The notes: generated from the letters alone by a model not told the origin. Numbered from the stretch's first letter, positions 38,680 to 50,047 are shown. The stretch: 64,000 nt of DNA from an uncultured virus (IMG/VR IMGVR_UViG_3300013004_000028) (IMGVR_UViG_3300013004_000028), one strand, 5' to 3'. Numbers and translations: made by a program.

Positions 38680-41600
38680 TAAGGTATAGAGAAAGAAGAA
38701 ACCACTGGAGAAGGGTCATTATTAAAAGAATAAGCTGTTAAAGTAATTAAAGCTTGATCATTTTCATTAAAAGTAATTTCTTCTATATCATCGTGTGTAA
38801 TTTCCAGATATCTTTTTTGACTATCTAAACTAATTTGAGTTGCGAAACCTTTTATTTCATATTTATCGAAATCAAGAGGAGTCGGGCCTCTAAATTCATA
38901 TACTGGAATTTCATCATCAATAGAATTTTTAATTTTTACACTCCAAACTTGATTCATTCTTTTTTTAATATTATAGAATGTTCCAGTTAAGTCCAAAATT
39001 GAATTTGCGAATTGTTTTTTAAAATAGCAACTTTGCACATAAACTGTTGAATTTATTGTTTTTTCTAATTCTTTAGGAATATTTGATTTTACTAATCTAG
39101 AAAAACTAATATTAATTAAACTCATAGACTCTTTAAATGGTCTTTCATTTATTTTTGATTTTTCTTCAGGAAATAAATCTACAAACGTATTTTGAGTATT
39201 TATTAAATTAGTATTTTTCACATCATAGAAATTAGGAGTTTCATAAAAATAACCAAAATTTTGACTTCCAACATTTTCAGTCAAATAATATCTACAAAAT
39301 CCAGCTTGAATATTCAAATCTAAACTTTTATTTAAAAATCCTGAAAATACAATATTGTCCAATTCATTATTTGGAATAGGTGTTAATTTATTAGTTCCAT
39401 AAGATTTCGGTATTTTATAAATAACTCCTTCTAAAGATACATATGAATAATCATAATTTTTATGTTTTATAAATAAATCAATAATTTCATTTACAGCGTA
39501 GCTATAAGTATTATTATTTTTTAGATAAAAAGTATTTTTTGTTTCTAGAACAGTCCCATTTGAAGCGTATTTTGTAGCCTCAAAATATAATTTATCAAAA
39601 TCTGTATACAATTTCGGAAAATTATTATTTTTTATGTTGAATAAATAAGGTAAAATTTCTTTTGTGAAAAAAGATACAATATTAGAATTACTTTCAGATA
39701 TGCCTTTATATTTAGAATTGCTTCCTCCTATAATATTTTTATCCCAAAGTGTAGCCTTATTGTTTTCTTCAAAAAAGGTAGAAAAACATTTAATATCTCC
39801 GCAACTATTCCTTTTCTCATCTCTTATTAATGGATTGGTCGTAGTAAAAACTCTGTAATTATTATTTCCTTGACTAGTAATAGTAGAAAATTGACCCGGT
39901 ATTCCATAGAGTTTATAAATAAAATATTGAAAAAGACCACTGAAAACACCTTCCAATAATGTTCCTTCTGAATATAATTGATATGGAGTTGGAGTTAAAA
40001 ATGTAGAAAGATTTTCTTCTTCTAACTGTACTCCAAAAATATTAACTTTCCATATATTTGATTGTGGATTAAAACCGTCTTGACTAATACTAGAGTCACT
40101 TGCATTAACTAATTTTATATTTATATTTTCTTCATTAAGTATTTTAAATTTAACAAAAACTCTTTTTATATTCTGCGGATAGAATGCTCCTTCTTTATCA
40201 GTATCATATGAGCCTGCTTGCACTGATTTGTCAGTTAGAACTGCACCAAGACTATTTATATTACAATAAAAACTTTCCCCGCAAAATATTTGAATAAAAG
40301 GAACGCCTGTTTCAGCAGGCAAAGGATCTTGAGGTAAAATATAAAAAGAAAAAGTATAATCTTCTTTTGTTGAATCTTTTTTCGTAAAATTAAAATTTAT
40401 TTTATACTCGTTTGTTGCAGTATTCGCTAATGTTCCATAAGATACAAAATTTGGATTTGCTATATCATCAATTTTTACATTTGTTGATAAAGAATCAACT
40501 GTAAAATTTTCCGATTGTGTAGATTTTATTAAATTAGCAGACTTAGAAGTAGATCTATCTGAAAGAAATTCTTTATCATCAAAAGTTATACCAAAATTTA
40601 TAGAATCTGAGTCAGAATAAAAACATGACGTATTATCTTCTTTTTTTAAAACTAACAAATTATTCTCATTCCAATTTATACCATAATCAAGTTTTTTTAT
40701 ATCTTGATTGTCTTCTCTTTTGTAAAAATCATTATACACATCTTCTACATTATCAAATGGAGTTAAATTTTGATAAGTAATTATACCATCCTTTATTATT
40801 GAATTAATAAATTCTTTTCCTTTATATTCTAACGAATCTGAGAATCCTCCGTTGTTTTTGAAATAATAAGTATTACTATTTAAAACTCTAGTTTTTACTA
40901 AATCTTGAGATGATAATCTATATTGTCCATTGTAATCTATATTGCTAAGATTTTTAAAGAATAAAGTATCAGAATCTGAGGTTAAAAATATGAATGGTCT
41001 TGTTTCACCTTTCGCTTCTGAAGAAAATAAAATATATTGATCATTTAGAGTTGCGTAAGAAACTCCTCTATATGGATAAATATTTCCAATTTGAGTATTG
41101 GTAATAGATGTCGGAAGATTTTTTGTATGCAATAGAACACTTGACGGAAATATAAATTTATGTTTTTCAAAAACAAATTTACCTTCCATTTCCTCTTTAT
41201 CTACTATGCCTGTTATGGGAAAAGGAGTAAAATTATTTGGAATAGCTATTGCCTTGTAAGTATTTAATCTTTCATAATTTAATTCGTAATTTTCAAATGT
41301 ATTAGGTAAACCAGTTTTACCTCCCAAATCTATAAAATAATCTGGATTTAAATTTAAATCGTTTATTTTAGTATTTATTGGAAGGCCATCATTAGGTTGA
41401 ACAATATAAACTACTTCTCCTGTAGCTTTTAAATTTGTAAATTCTCTACTTAATTGTCCTTCTAAAGAATAAAATTTTACATCTTGTATATTTCCTTTTA
41501 TAGTATAGTCATCTTTTGTTTTTTCGAAGTCTGTGTTATAAAGAAGGCCATTGGAAATACCATTTTGCGTAAAAAGAGTTCCAGAATAAGATACATTTAT

Positions 41601-42524
41601 ATTCTCTGATCCAAAAAAATCAGTGGAAGATCCAGTTATAGTTAAGTCTCCTGTTTTCCCTTCTGTGTATTGAAAATCTAAATCTATTTTAGAACCTTCT
41701 ACTTGCAATAAATATTCTAATTCAAAAATAGCTTTTGATATGCCTGTTTGAATAATATCCCCAGAGTACGCGGAAATATTTGACCATGTAATACGCTCAA
41801 AAACTATATCATCTGTATCATCTTCTTGAGCATCTTCATTAACAGTTTGAGCATTCTGTATTTGTAATGAATACGACTGGTTCCCAAAATTTGTTTCTAA
41901 ATCTAAGTAGACAGGGAATCCTTGAGAATATCCGCTTGTATCATAGTTGAAAAAATTTATATAATTTCCGGGTTGTATTTCTTTTACATGTGTGAATTTC
42001 CCTGTAATGCTACTCGAATTTATAGAAAAAATATCAACAATATACTGTCCTTTATTAGTTATTTTTCCGCTTACTGCTTCATTTGAATAAAAATTTGAAA
42101 ATTCTAATTTAGGGATAGAGCTTCCATATATAAAAGCGTCTAAATCTACAGAATTCGAAACTGGAGAATCTAAAATTTTAACCACTAATGCGCTAAATAT
42201 AGAAGTTGGAGTGGCGAGTACCCCCTCTCTAGTGATAGGAACAGAGTTTAAATAATCTTTATAAGTAGTATATCCTTGAACATAAGATCCTTCGGAAAAT
42301 GGTTCTTTAATATAAGAATTTATACTAATAGGTTCTTTGTTAAAAGTTCCTATAATATTATCATTTGGATCTTTTATTATACCAGATTTAAATAAATAAC
42401 GAACATAATGTGTTCCTGTAATTCCTACTTCAAAATGATCACTAGAATAATTATAAACTTTAAAGTCAAAGTTTAAAGATTTTTGAGGGTAAAAATTCCT
42501 ATATTGTATTCCTGTAATTTTCAT
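38679..42524 (-). CDS. Large beta-rich tail/baseplate protein with a carbohydrate-binding-like module
   Basis: 1281 aa, N/S/T-rich; YTFSFYI...IFGVQLEE...PTPY resembles fibre/spike lectin-like modules. Confidence 0.55.
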   Translation of the reverse strand: MKITGIQYRNFYPQKSLNFDFKVYNYSSDHFEVGITGTHYVRYLFKSGIIKDPNDNIIGTFNKEPISINSYIKEPFSEGSYVQGYTTYKDYLNSVPITREGVLATPTSIFSALVVKILDSPVSNSVDLDAFIYGSSIPKLEFSNFYSNEAVSGKITNKGQYIVDIFSINSSSITGKFTHVKEIQPGNYINFFNYDTSGYSQGFPVYLDLETNFGNQSYSLQIQNAQTVNEDAQEDDTDDIVFERITWSNISAYSGDIIQTGISKAIFELEYLLQVEGSKIDLDFQYTEGKTGDLTITGSSTDFFGSENINVSYSGTLFTQNGISNGLLYNTDFEKTKDDYTIKGNIQDVKFYSLEGQLSREFTNLKATGEVVYIVQPNDGLPINTKINDLNLNPDYFIDLGGKTGLPNTFENYELNYERLNTYKAIAIPNNFTPFPITGIVDKEEMEGKFVFEKHKFIFPSSVLLHTKNLPTSITNTQIGNIYPYRGVSYATLNDQYILFSSEAKGETRPFIFLTSDSDTLFFKNLSNIDYNGQYRLSSQDLVKTRVLNSNTYYFKNNGGFSDSLEYKGKEFINSIIKDGIITYQNLTPFDNVEDVYNDFYKREDNQDIKKLDYGINWNENNLLVLKKEDNTSCFYSDSDSINFGITFDDKEFLSDRSTSKSANLIKSTQSENFTVDSLSTNVKIDDIANPNFVSYGTLANTATNEYKINFNFTKKDSTKEDYTFSFYILPQDPLPAETGVPFIQIFCGESFYCNINSLGAVLTDKSVQAGSYDTDKEGAFYPQNIKRVFVKFKILNEENINIKLVNASDSSISQDGFNPQSNIWKVNIFGVQLEEENLSTFLTPTPYQLYSEGTLLEGVFSGLFQYFIYKLYGIPGQFSTITSQGNNNYRVFTTTNPLIRDEKRNSCGDIKCFSTFFEENNKATLWDKNIIGGSNSKYKGISESNSNIVSFFTKEILPYLFNIKNNNFPKLYTDFDKLYFEATKYASNGTVLETKNTFYLKNNNTYSYAVNEIIDLFIKHKNYDYSYVSLEGVIYKIPKSYGTNKLTPIPNNELDNIVFSGFLNKSLDLNIQAGFCRYYLTENVGSQNFGYFYETPNFYDVKNTNLINTQNTFVDLFPEEKSKINERPFKESMSLINISFSRLVKSNIPKELEKTINSTVYVQSCYFKKQFANSILDLTGTFYNIKKRMNQVWSVKIKNSIDDEIPVYEFRGPTPLDFDKYEIKGFATQISLDSQKRYLEITHDDIEEITFNENDQALITLTAYSFNNDPSPVVSSFSIP

Positions 42525-42525
42525 T

Positions 42526-44985
42526 TTAAATAATATTTATATAGGATTTGCCGGGGTTGCTTCTTAATGCATTATTTAATTGATGCGTTTTTACACTATC
42601 AGAAGGATTTACAGGAAAAGAGTTTGAAAAAGTAAGATTAGTTCTAGTCCCACTCTGATCTAATCTTATGGAAAAAGATACTAGTCCATCTTCTGGACCT
42701 AATAAAGAATTAGGTAATCCAAAAATAGAATAAGTTTTAGTTTCTTTCTCCTCTTGCAAATTTGTATTTAAATTAAATAATATTTTATCTGCATAAGTTT
42801 TAATTTTTGCTTCATCTATATAACATCTATTATCATTTCTTTCTAAGTTAGAAATATCTCCATTTGTTATATCTTTAGTATTTGCTCTAATAGAAACATA
42901 TTTATCATTTTGTTTTCCTTGTGTAGCAAAAACTAATTCAAGTTTAGGTATAATAGCTTTTATTTTTCCAAAATTAAAAGAATTGACAGTTTCTATAACT
43001 TTTATTACATAATTAGAATCTATAGGTGATAAGATTGGTAATCTTGTATATGTACCCTTAGTTTTCTTTATATAAAATTTAAATAATTTACATTTATTGG
43101 ATTTCGCTCCTAAGCCTTCAGTATTTTCATTTTCGTCTGGAGATATTCCATTTGAAATCTCACATTCTATATCAGGCTGCTTATTCTCTCCAAAAGACCA
43201 AACTAAATATAACTTTTCTTTATCAGTCAGAGCTGCCCCACCTTCTGAAGTTCTGTCTAAAAAAACATAAGGTTTTAAGCCATCTATAAATTTTTCTACA
43301 TTTTCAGAATTTGGGTCAGGTTGCCATATAGGAGTTCTATTAAGGACAACAATATTTTTTTCGGCAAACTTTGATATCTCAGCTGCTCTTATATATGGAT
43401 GAGAAATATTTATATCTGGAAATACAAATTTATTACCGGGTTTAATCCTTGAGAATCCTTTAACAGTTCCATCTGGACTTTCAAAACTTTTATCTTCTAA
43501 ATCACTTGCAGCAGCAGACCAATATTTTCCACAAAATGTTTTAGCTATCTGAAGTTCAAAATCATAAGCTTTAGTTCCTGTTTCTTCTACAATTAATAAG
43601 TAAGCCCCTCCTTCTTTTAGTTCTTTTATTTTTTCTTCTGTAAAAGCTCCTCCTAAACTAGGATTAGAAGATCCTATTATATTATGGTAAAGAGCTTGGC
43701 ATTGAGCTTCCCCTTTTTTGCCTGCTTGTTTATCTGTCGTATTCTCATGGCATATAGCTTTTATATTCCATCCTAAAAGAGCATTATTCCCTGTCCCTAA
43801 TTTTACTTTATCCGGACTTGTATATTCGAGTACTTTAACATAACAAAATAAATCTCTTAATTCTTTACTATAGTAACTTGCAATAACTGATGCTTGGAAA
43901 TTGAATTCTGATCCATATCTTCTTTCTAATGGTCTATTTCCGTTGGATAATTTATCGAGAGATATTGGGAAAAGCGTTCTATTACTATTTCTACTAGATC
44001 CAGATCCTCCCCCTGTATTTGAACTACAATCATATTCTTTTATTTCTCCATCTTTTCCAAAATATGCTATATTTATATCTTTGGAAAGTCCTTCTATGCT
44101 TTTACTTGTAGAAACTTCTTCTATTTTGCAGTTATTCGAATCTTTTATAGTCGAATCATTTATATTTATACCTCTACTTAAATCAAAGAAAATCACTGTA
44201 TCGTTTTTCCAATAAAATGAAAATCCAAAATCTTGACACCAATTGTTCAAAACTTCTCTAAGAGTTCCTGTGTATTGAGCTCTGTAATCGACTGGAGAAG
44301 AAAAAGTATTATTGAAATTCACTCCATATCTAGAAGCTTCTTGTATGAGATCGCTAAATTTATAATCTACATCCAACTTGCTGAATCCTCTTGATTTCTG
44401 ACAATCTAAAGAGTTATTAGGGGTTGTGTTTGATGTACAAGGATCACATTTATCTTTCTCAGAGTCATTTTCTAAATTGCCACATGGATCAATATAATCT
44501 CCAACAAAAATCATATTTGAAAAATCTCCAACAGCTCTATAAATAGATAGATTGCTAACTTTATTTGAAACTAAACTAGGAGTAACTGATGAAGTTTTTA
44601 AATAATTATTTAAATTTATATTACCGGGTAATGCTACTTGTGTTGTATTTTGTTTTAATATATTCGGCAAAGGGCCTCCATCTTTGCCTTTTAATCCTAC
44701 ATATATTTTGTCTAAAATTACACTAGTATCGACAAGGGTAAGTTCACAAGTTTTTCCAGATGTTACGCTTTCCTTTGTAGAAAAAGAAATAGCATGTCCC
44801 TTAAAAGTATAAAAATTCCCAATCCTAACTACTATTTCGGATTTTGTGTTAAGATTGTAGTCTTCTTTTCCCCATATAAAAGATAATCTTAATGTAGACG
44901 GCTCAGATCCTCCACCGCTTAAATCTGCTGAGTAAACTTTTTTCGTAATACCTGATATTTTTATTGAAGGAAAATCCGCTTTCAT
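42526..44985 (-). CDS. Putative baseplate hub / tail tip protein
   Basis: LTLVDTS.ILDK and YTGTLREVLNNWCQDFGFSFYW resemble hub-protein patterns; lies downstream of the tape-measure-like gene. Confidence 0.5.
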   Translation of the reverse strand: MKADFPSIKISGITKKVYSADLSGGGSEPSTLRLSFIWGKEDYNLNTKSEIVVRIGNFYTFKGHAISFSTKESVTSGKTCELTLVDTSVILDKIYVGLKGKDGGPLPNILKQNTTQVALPGNINLNNYLKTSSVTPSLVSNKVSNLSIYRAVGDFSNMIFVGDYIDPCGNLENDSEKDKCDPCTSNTTPNNSLDCQKSRGFSKLDVDYKFSDLIQEASRYGVNFNNTFSSPVDYRAQYTGTLREVLNNWCQDFGFSFYWKNDTVIFFDLSRGININDSTIKDSNNCKIEEVSTSKSIEGLSKDINIAYFGKDGEIKEYDCSSNTGGGSGSSRNSNRTLFPISLDKLSNGNRPLERRYGSEFNFQASVIASYYSKELRDLFCYVKVLEYTSPDKVKLGTGNNALLGWNIKAICHENTTDKQAGKKGEAQCQALYHNIIGSSNPSLGGAFTEEKIKELKEGGAYLLIVEETGTKAYDFELQIAKTFCGKYWSAAASDLEDKSFESPDGTVKGFSRIKPGNKFVFPDINISHPYIRAAEISKFAEKNIVVLNRTPIWQPDPNSENVEKFIDGLKPYVFLDRTSEGGAALTDKEKLYLVWSFGENKQPDIECEISNGISPDENENTEGLGAKSNKCKLFKFYIKKTKGTYTRLPILSPIDSNYVIKVIETVNSFNFGKIKAIIPKLELVFATQGKQNDKYVSIRANTKDITNGDISNLERNDNRCYIDEAKIKTYADKILFNLNTNLQEEKETKTYSIFGLPNSLLGPEDGLVSFSIRLDQSGTRTNLTFSNSFPVNPSDSVKTHQLNNALRSNPGKSYINII

Positions 44986-44991
44986 AATATT

Positions 44992-46644
44992 CTATTCAAA
45001 AGGTCCAAGAATCCTAAATGCGCCTGACCAATTAGAGTTAGTATTATTATAAATACTACTCTGATCAACTAATGTTATTCTATCTCTTTTTCCATGAGAT
45101 AAATGTAAAGTAGATGTTTCGTAATAATCTTCTTTTACCTGTCTATATTTTACTTTTGCTGAATTTTCTCCTAAAAATACTATACTTGCTCCCCTTGCAA
45201 AAAGGCCCTTCGAAAATGTAAAATTTGAAAATAACTGCAATGGATTAGCTGAAGTTTTATCGTATATTACTGGATATACTCCATTCTCTAATATCTCTGG
45301 AAATGTAATATGTGTTTCGTCTATTGTATAATTATCTACTTTTCCAGAGTAACCCCAGTATACATTATAACCATTTACAAATTCTTCGTCTAATCTAAAA
45401 AGACCATTTGAAGTATCAAAAAGTAATTGCTTTCCTATATCTTTAAATGATTTGCCTGCTTGAGTTTGCAATAACATATATGGCTTTTCTAGGATCTGAC
45501 TATCCATATAAAAAGCTTTTTCATTTATTGCTCCATCCATATGCAATGACTGTTTATAAGTAGTCGCTGTATTTATCTCTGTTAAGTTTGCAGTTGAAAC
45601 ATATGTGTATTTTTCCAACTTATTATATGTAAAAAAATCTTCTACATCAATATTTGCTCCAGTATAGAAAGAAAATAAATGACTTACTGTTCTTTCTGAC
45701 TGATCATTCATTGAGTAATAAATTTCATCATTAAATATTATATTATTTGAACCTATGCTAAAAGGAGTATATTCTCCTCCTATTGGAATTATAGTTCCTG
45801 TATTGTAACATAATAAATCTTGACTTAAACTATATTCTCCTGACCAAAAAATTTTACTTAAAGCATTAGATCCTGTACCAAATATAGTAGATATATAATT
45901 ACCTGTATTTGTAGGTATATAATTTTCAGTTACATAGTCTAAAAATGGTATAAATTTTTCAGCGTTAGACTGAGATAAACTCGAATTATTTTTTCTTTCA
46001 AGCTGTTTAATCTCAGAAGTTTTTGTATAAACATTAGTATAAGTACCTTCTAATGGTAAAAAACCTGAAAAAACTTTTTCATAATCTTCTTTTTCTAATG
46101 TGCCTGTGAAACAAACTAGCTGATCAAAATATCCCGATATACCACTTAACGAATTCTTGTTTAAAACATAAGTATTATAGCCTATGAAAAAACCTCCTCC
46201 TGAAAGATTTGTTTCTGGTTTAAATGAGAAAGACTCTGTTTTATAAATAGATCTTGAATCTATATCATAATTTAATAAAGTTATATTATTAGAAGCTTTT
46301 ATTATACCTAAACAGTTTTTTTTAGCTAGTCTTATATCGGAGAATGTGTAGCAGTCAGATTTTGAAGAGTTTGAGTATAAAAATAATTCATTATTATTAT
46401 TAAAGTTTAAAGAAAAACCTGCATTCGATTGAATTTTAAAATTCGAAAGTAAAGAGCCTGCTTGATTATTCTTTTTTTCTAAAGTAAAAAATAATGAAAA
46501 ATCACAATCTCCAGTTATCCCAGTTAATTGAGTAAACTCTGAATTAATAAAACTTCTAGATTTAGCAGAACTTGTATCAAGCCATTTATCTCTTACTAAT
46601 AGAGATGCAGCTTCTGACTGTGATATAAAATAATTTAATTCCAT
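44992..46644 (-). CDS. Putative virion protein with an N-terminal LamG/ConA-like domain
   Basis: FSLFF...LLSN...GFSL...FFIG...SGYFDQL pattern. Confidence 0.5.
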   Translation of the reverse strand: MELNYFISQSEAASLLVRDKWLDTSSAKSRSFINSEFTQLTGITGDCDFSLFFTLEKKNNQAGSLLSNFKIQSNAGFSLNFNNNNELFLYSNSSKSDCYTFSDIRLAKKNCLGIIKASNNITLLNYDIDSRSIYKTESFSFKPETNLSGGGFFIGYNTYVLNKNSLSGISGYFDQLVCFTGTLEKEDYEKVFSGFLPLEGTYTNVYTKTSEIKQLERKNNSSLSQSNAEKFIPFLDYVTENYIPTNTGNYISTIFGTGSNALSKIFWSGEYSLSQDLLCYNTGTIIPIGGEYTPFSIGSNNIIFNDEIYYSMNDQSERTVSHLFSFYTGANIDVEDFFTYNKLEKYTYVSTANLTEINTATTYKQSLHMDGAINEKAFYMDSQILEKPYMLLQTQAGKSFKDIGKQLLFDTSNGLFRLDEEFVNGYNVYWGYSGKVDNYTIDETHITFPEILENGVYPVIYDKTSANPLQLFSNFTFSKGLFARGASIVFLGENSAKVKYRQVKEDYYETSTLHLSHGKRDRITLVDQSSIYNNTNSNWSGAFRILGPFE

Positions 46645-46663
46645 TACCCTTAGACCTTTAAAC

Positions 46664-46679
46664 AGAATACACTTTAAAA
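46664..46679 (-). promoter_or_regulatory. TTTTAAAGTGTATTCT element (GTGTA-class promoter)
   Basis: Identical to 26145..26160. Confidence 0.55.
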
Positions 46680-46684
46680 CCTAT

Positions 46685-49600
46685 TTAAAGAAGATTGTCC
46701 GGAATTATAATAGCTTTTTCGGCAGACCAAGAAAAAGCAAAAGTTATAGATCCAGCTGGAGAAACTTTTGAAATTTGAGAAGAGTCTAAAATTTTATTAG
46801 CTCCATAAAAAATCGAATTAGAAATTTGATTTACTCTATTCCTTAACTGAGCTACTGTTTTCTCGTAAGAGCAACAAACGGGTTTAATCAATGTCCCTTG
46901 GATATTAAATGCCGCCCTTTTTATTATTTTAATGTCTTCTATATAATGACAGCCATTACTATTAATAGGCAATGAAGCTTTTATTTCTTTTAAAGCTGGA
47001 ACGAAAGAATATTCATAAGTAAAATTTTGTAAACATCCACAATCAGAACCTAAACTGTTGCAAAATTTAGCACCTATTTGAATGGTTCCTTCAAATTGGT
47101 TCTCTGAATAAGAATTATCTTTTTCATTGAAATTCAATCTTTCCGTATTACCGAATTTTGTCCATTTTTGCTGCACATAATCTGCAAAATCTAAATTATT
47201 ATAATATTTGTAAACATTATCCCATCTATCTTTTTTACATTTTATCTCAGATCTTATAGTCAAATTAGCTTCTATACATTTTCTTGAAGTTATTAGATCA
47301 TGAGTGATTCGAGTTTCGTCTATTGTATAAACTTTATTGTCTTGTTTATTTGAAAACTCTAAAGAAAATCCTACGCTATTATTAGAGAAATCTCTTTGAA
47401 GAGAAAAATTTGTGGGAGTTGTATATAGTGGAGAAAAATCTTCCGGATAATATTCAGTCACAGAGTAATCACTCCCTAACTCTGAAAGAGCTTTATTTAT
47501 ATAATCTATAAAAGTCGGGATCATCAGAAATTTGCCTCCATTCCCAATTAATCCCAAAGTTATAATTTCATCATTTGGGGTAATTAAACATACATTGCTT
47601 CCGCTATCCCCAGCTATAAAATCATTAAAAAATAAACTTTCAGGAGAAAGATTTGATTGAACATATTCGTTGAAAGTATCATCAATGGAAAATTGTTGTG
47701 TTTGCTGATCTGTTACTGTAATTTTTTGAAATTTCCCGATACAAGCTCTTTGAAAAGGGGATGCTTCACTTACTCCCGGACTACTCTCTTCTATTTGGTC
47801 TCTGCAAAATAAAGAGTAATCTTTTAAATCTATAAAATTTTTATAATTTTTGGTGAGAACTCTAAAAAACTTTACAGTATCAGGCAAAGCTTCGTTAAGA
47901 ACTCCTAATCCTAAATCTGAAGCTATTTGATTAGGATGCCCTACTTCTAATATAGAAACTAAAGTTCTAGTTAAAACTTTATTATCATTAGTTAGAAAAT
48001 ATAAAGTTTGACCTACATTAACAGGGTAATGATAAGCAAATAAATAATGCTTTGGAGTAATTAATATACCTATTTTTCTATTTTCATATCCAGATTCACT
48101 ACTAGCGACAACAAACCCTGAAATATCTATGCCATAAATCCAGCAAGATGGATTTTTTACAAAAGTCAGAGTGGATGTACTAAAAGTGCTCCATATTCTT
48201 TTTTGTTCAGTCGTTCCAGTTAATCCTGCTACTCTTTGAGATATTCTAGATGAAAAATTAGGATATTTAAATTCTTTTGATTCCGTAAGATACATTTCAT
48301 TAGCTGTTGAATACCAATCTTTAGTTGATATATCATATTTAATAGCTTCTAATGTGCTATCTTTAGAAGAAATTTCATTCAATCCTTTAGCTAATAATGG
48401 ACCTTGGTGAGTTCCATCTATTTTGACTGAAACTTCTCCATTTTCAGAAATAGACATATCTCTAACATATTTTAAAATACCATAATGACTTTTAGATAAA
48501 CCAGATTGTAAAACAAAAGTTTTAGTTAAAGATACTTCACCTGTTAATCTATTTAAAGTTTCATTTTGAGAAATTAAAAAAGAGTTATAAGAATTTAAAT
48601 CCGCTGTTTCAAAATAATTTTCTATAGCAGCTTTCCAAATGTAAAGAGATTTAGTAGCTACAGTTGTATATAAAGATACAGAATTAGAATCTACTATAGA
48701 TAATTGAAAAAATGGAAATAAAGATCTCTTTGTATCGTATGTTATAGATATTTTATACCAACCATTACCAGCATCGGAAATATAATGGTTAATGTAAGAA
48801 GTCGCTTTATTTTCATCTACATAAATAGATCCTTTCTGTCCAGTTTTTATATTGAACCAACCTCTAATTAAATAAGGATCTAAACCTGAATAGTTAATAG
48901 TTCCCCCGTAAACATAAGGAGTAGTAGTTGTATTAGCATATGATATTGAAGTACTTGTAGAACCGGTAACTACAAAAGTCCCATTGTATCCAGATGGATT
49001 AATATTCTCTACAGTAACTGTAGTCCCAACCGATATAGTTCCTGATCCAGCTAAATATGTTATAGTAGCTGTAATTCCATTTCCACTTGCTCCAGTAACT
49101 CTAAATTTTTCAAAACCGAATGATAAAGTAACCCATTCCGCTGTTACTGCTTTGACGTATATAGATGTTTTATATCTTCCTGAAGTAGTAGAACCATCTC
49201 CCGGATTTATTATACTCCCTTTTATAAGATTCAATCCATTGGAAGGGCAAGCAATTCCGTCAGCTGTTAGAGATCCATCAGGAGCCAAAGTATCATTGGG
49301 CAAAACGCCCATATTTACTGTTTTCCAATATGTGTCATTATCAAATGCGCTTTCTGATATAAGAATATTACTCTCATTTATTAAACTTGAGTAAGTTAAG
49401 TAAAGATTATTTAAATCAGAACTTAATAAATTAGAGTTAGAAGCTACAAAATTTTTAGCATTTTGAAAACCACCTTGTGTTTTATTTAATCCTTTGCAAG
49501 AACATGAAAGTGTTATATTTATTGTGTTGTCAGGAGAGACTTCTAATCCTAAATTTCTTTTAGGCTCTATTATTCCATAATTTTCAAAATATCCTTTTTT

Positions 49601-50047
49601 AAAACATTCTATATTTATAGTATAGGGCACCCAATCGTACCATTTGTTGTCATCAAAACTTATAGATTTGATTATGCAATTTTCCCATTCTTCGACATTC
49701 TCGTAGCCTACTATACCTTGTATACCTTGAATACCCTGTACACCTTGTACCCCTCTATTTTCTATTAATTGTAACTTTTTAAAATTTTTAGAGAATTTGG
49801 AAACAAGCAAATCTGCTACATTTTTAATCCCTTCGAATCCAGATTCGCAAGGATTATAATATGAGCCTGTCGCTCCAGTTACTGAAATCGGATAATTTCT
49901 TTTTATTCTCCCTGTTAAAGATAAATTGTCTACTAAATTTATATCAGAATTAGAATAGATATTCTGAACATCTCTTGATATAAAAGGTGTTGGACCTATA
50001 TTAGAAAAAATATCTTCCGAATCGTATAAAACTTTAACTTCACTCAT
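46685..50047 (-). CDS. Tail-associated protein with inserted lectin/spike-like and trypsin-like serine protease domains
   Basis: APDG..TADG spike-like module; ILITPKHYLFAYH, SDLGLG and GDSGS protease triad; scaffold resembles 50047..51744. Confidence 0.65.
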   Translation of the reverse strand: MSEVKVLYDSEDIFSNIGPTPFISRDVQNIYSNSDINLVDNLSLTGRIKRNYPISVTGATGSYYNPCESGFEGIKNVADLLVSKFSKNFKKLQLIENRGVQGVQGIQGIQGIVGYENVEEWENCIIKSISFDDNKWYDWVPYTINIECFKKGYFENYGIIEPKRNLGLEVSPDNTINITLSCSCKGLNKTQGGFQNAKNFVASNSNLLSSDLNNLYLTYSSLINESNILISESAFDNDTYWKTVNMGVLPNDTLAPDGSLTADGIACPSNGLNLIKGSIINPGDGSTTSGRYKTSIYVKAVTAEWVTLSFGFEKFRVTGASGNGITATITYLAGSGTISVGTTVTVENINPSGYNGTFVVTGSTSTSISYANTTTTPYVYGGTINYSGLDPYLIRGWFNIKTGQKGSIYVDENKATSYINHYISDAGNGWYKISITYDTKRSLFPFFQLSIVDSNSVSLYTTVATKSLYIWKAAIENYFETADLNSYNSFLISQNETLNRLTGEVSLTKTFVLQSGLSKSHYGILKYVRDMSISENGEVSVKIDGTHQGPLLAKGLNEISSKDSTLEAIKYDISTKDWYSTANEMYLTESKEFKYPNFSSRISQRVAGLTGTTEQKRIWSTFSTSTLTFVKNPSCWIYGIDISGFVVASSESGYENRKIGILITPKHYLFAYHYPVNVGQTLYFLTNDNKVLTRTLVSILEVGHPNQIASDLGLGVLNEALPDTVKFFRVLTKNYKNFIDLKDYSLFCRDQIEESSPGVSEASPFQRACIGKFQKITVTDQQTQQFSIDDTFNEYVQSNLSPESLFFNDFIAGDSGSNVCLITPNDEIITLGLIGNGGKFLMIPTFIDYINKALSELGSDYSVTEYYPEDFSPLYTTPTNFSLQRDFSNNSVGFSLEFSNKQDNKVYTIDETRITHDLITSRKCIEANLTIRSEIKCKKDRWDNVYKYYNNLDFADYVQQKWTKFGNTERLNFNEKDNSYSENQFEGTIQIGAKFCNSLGSDCGCLQNFTYEYSFVPALKEIKASLPINSNGCHYIEDIKIIKRAAFNIQGTLIKPVCCSYEKTVAQLRNRVNQISNSIFYGANKILDSSQISKVSPAGSITFAFSWSAEKAIIIPDNLL
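49711..49753 (-). repeat. 9-bp tandem repeat encoding a collagen-like (G-V/I-Q)n stretch
   Basis: RGVQGVQGIQGIQGIVG. Confidence 0.7.
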
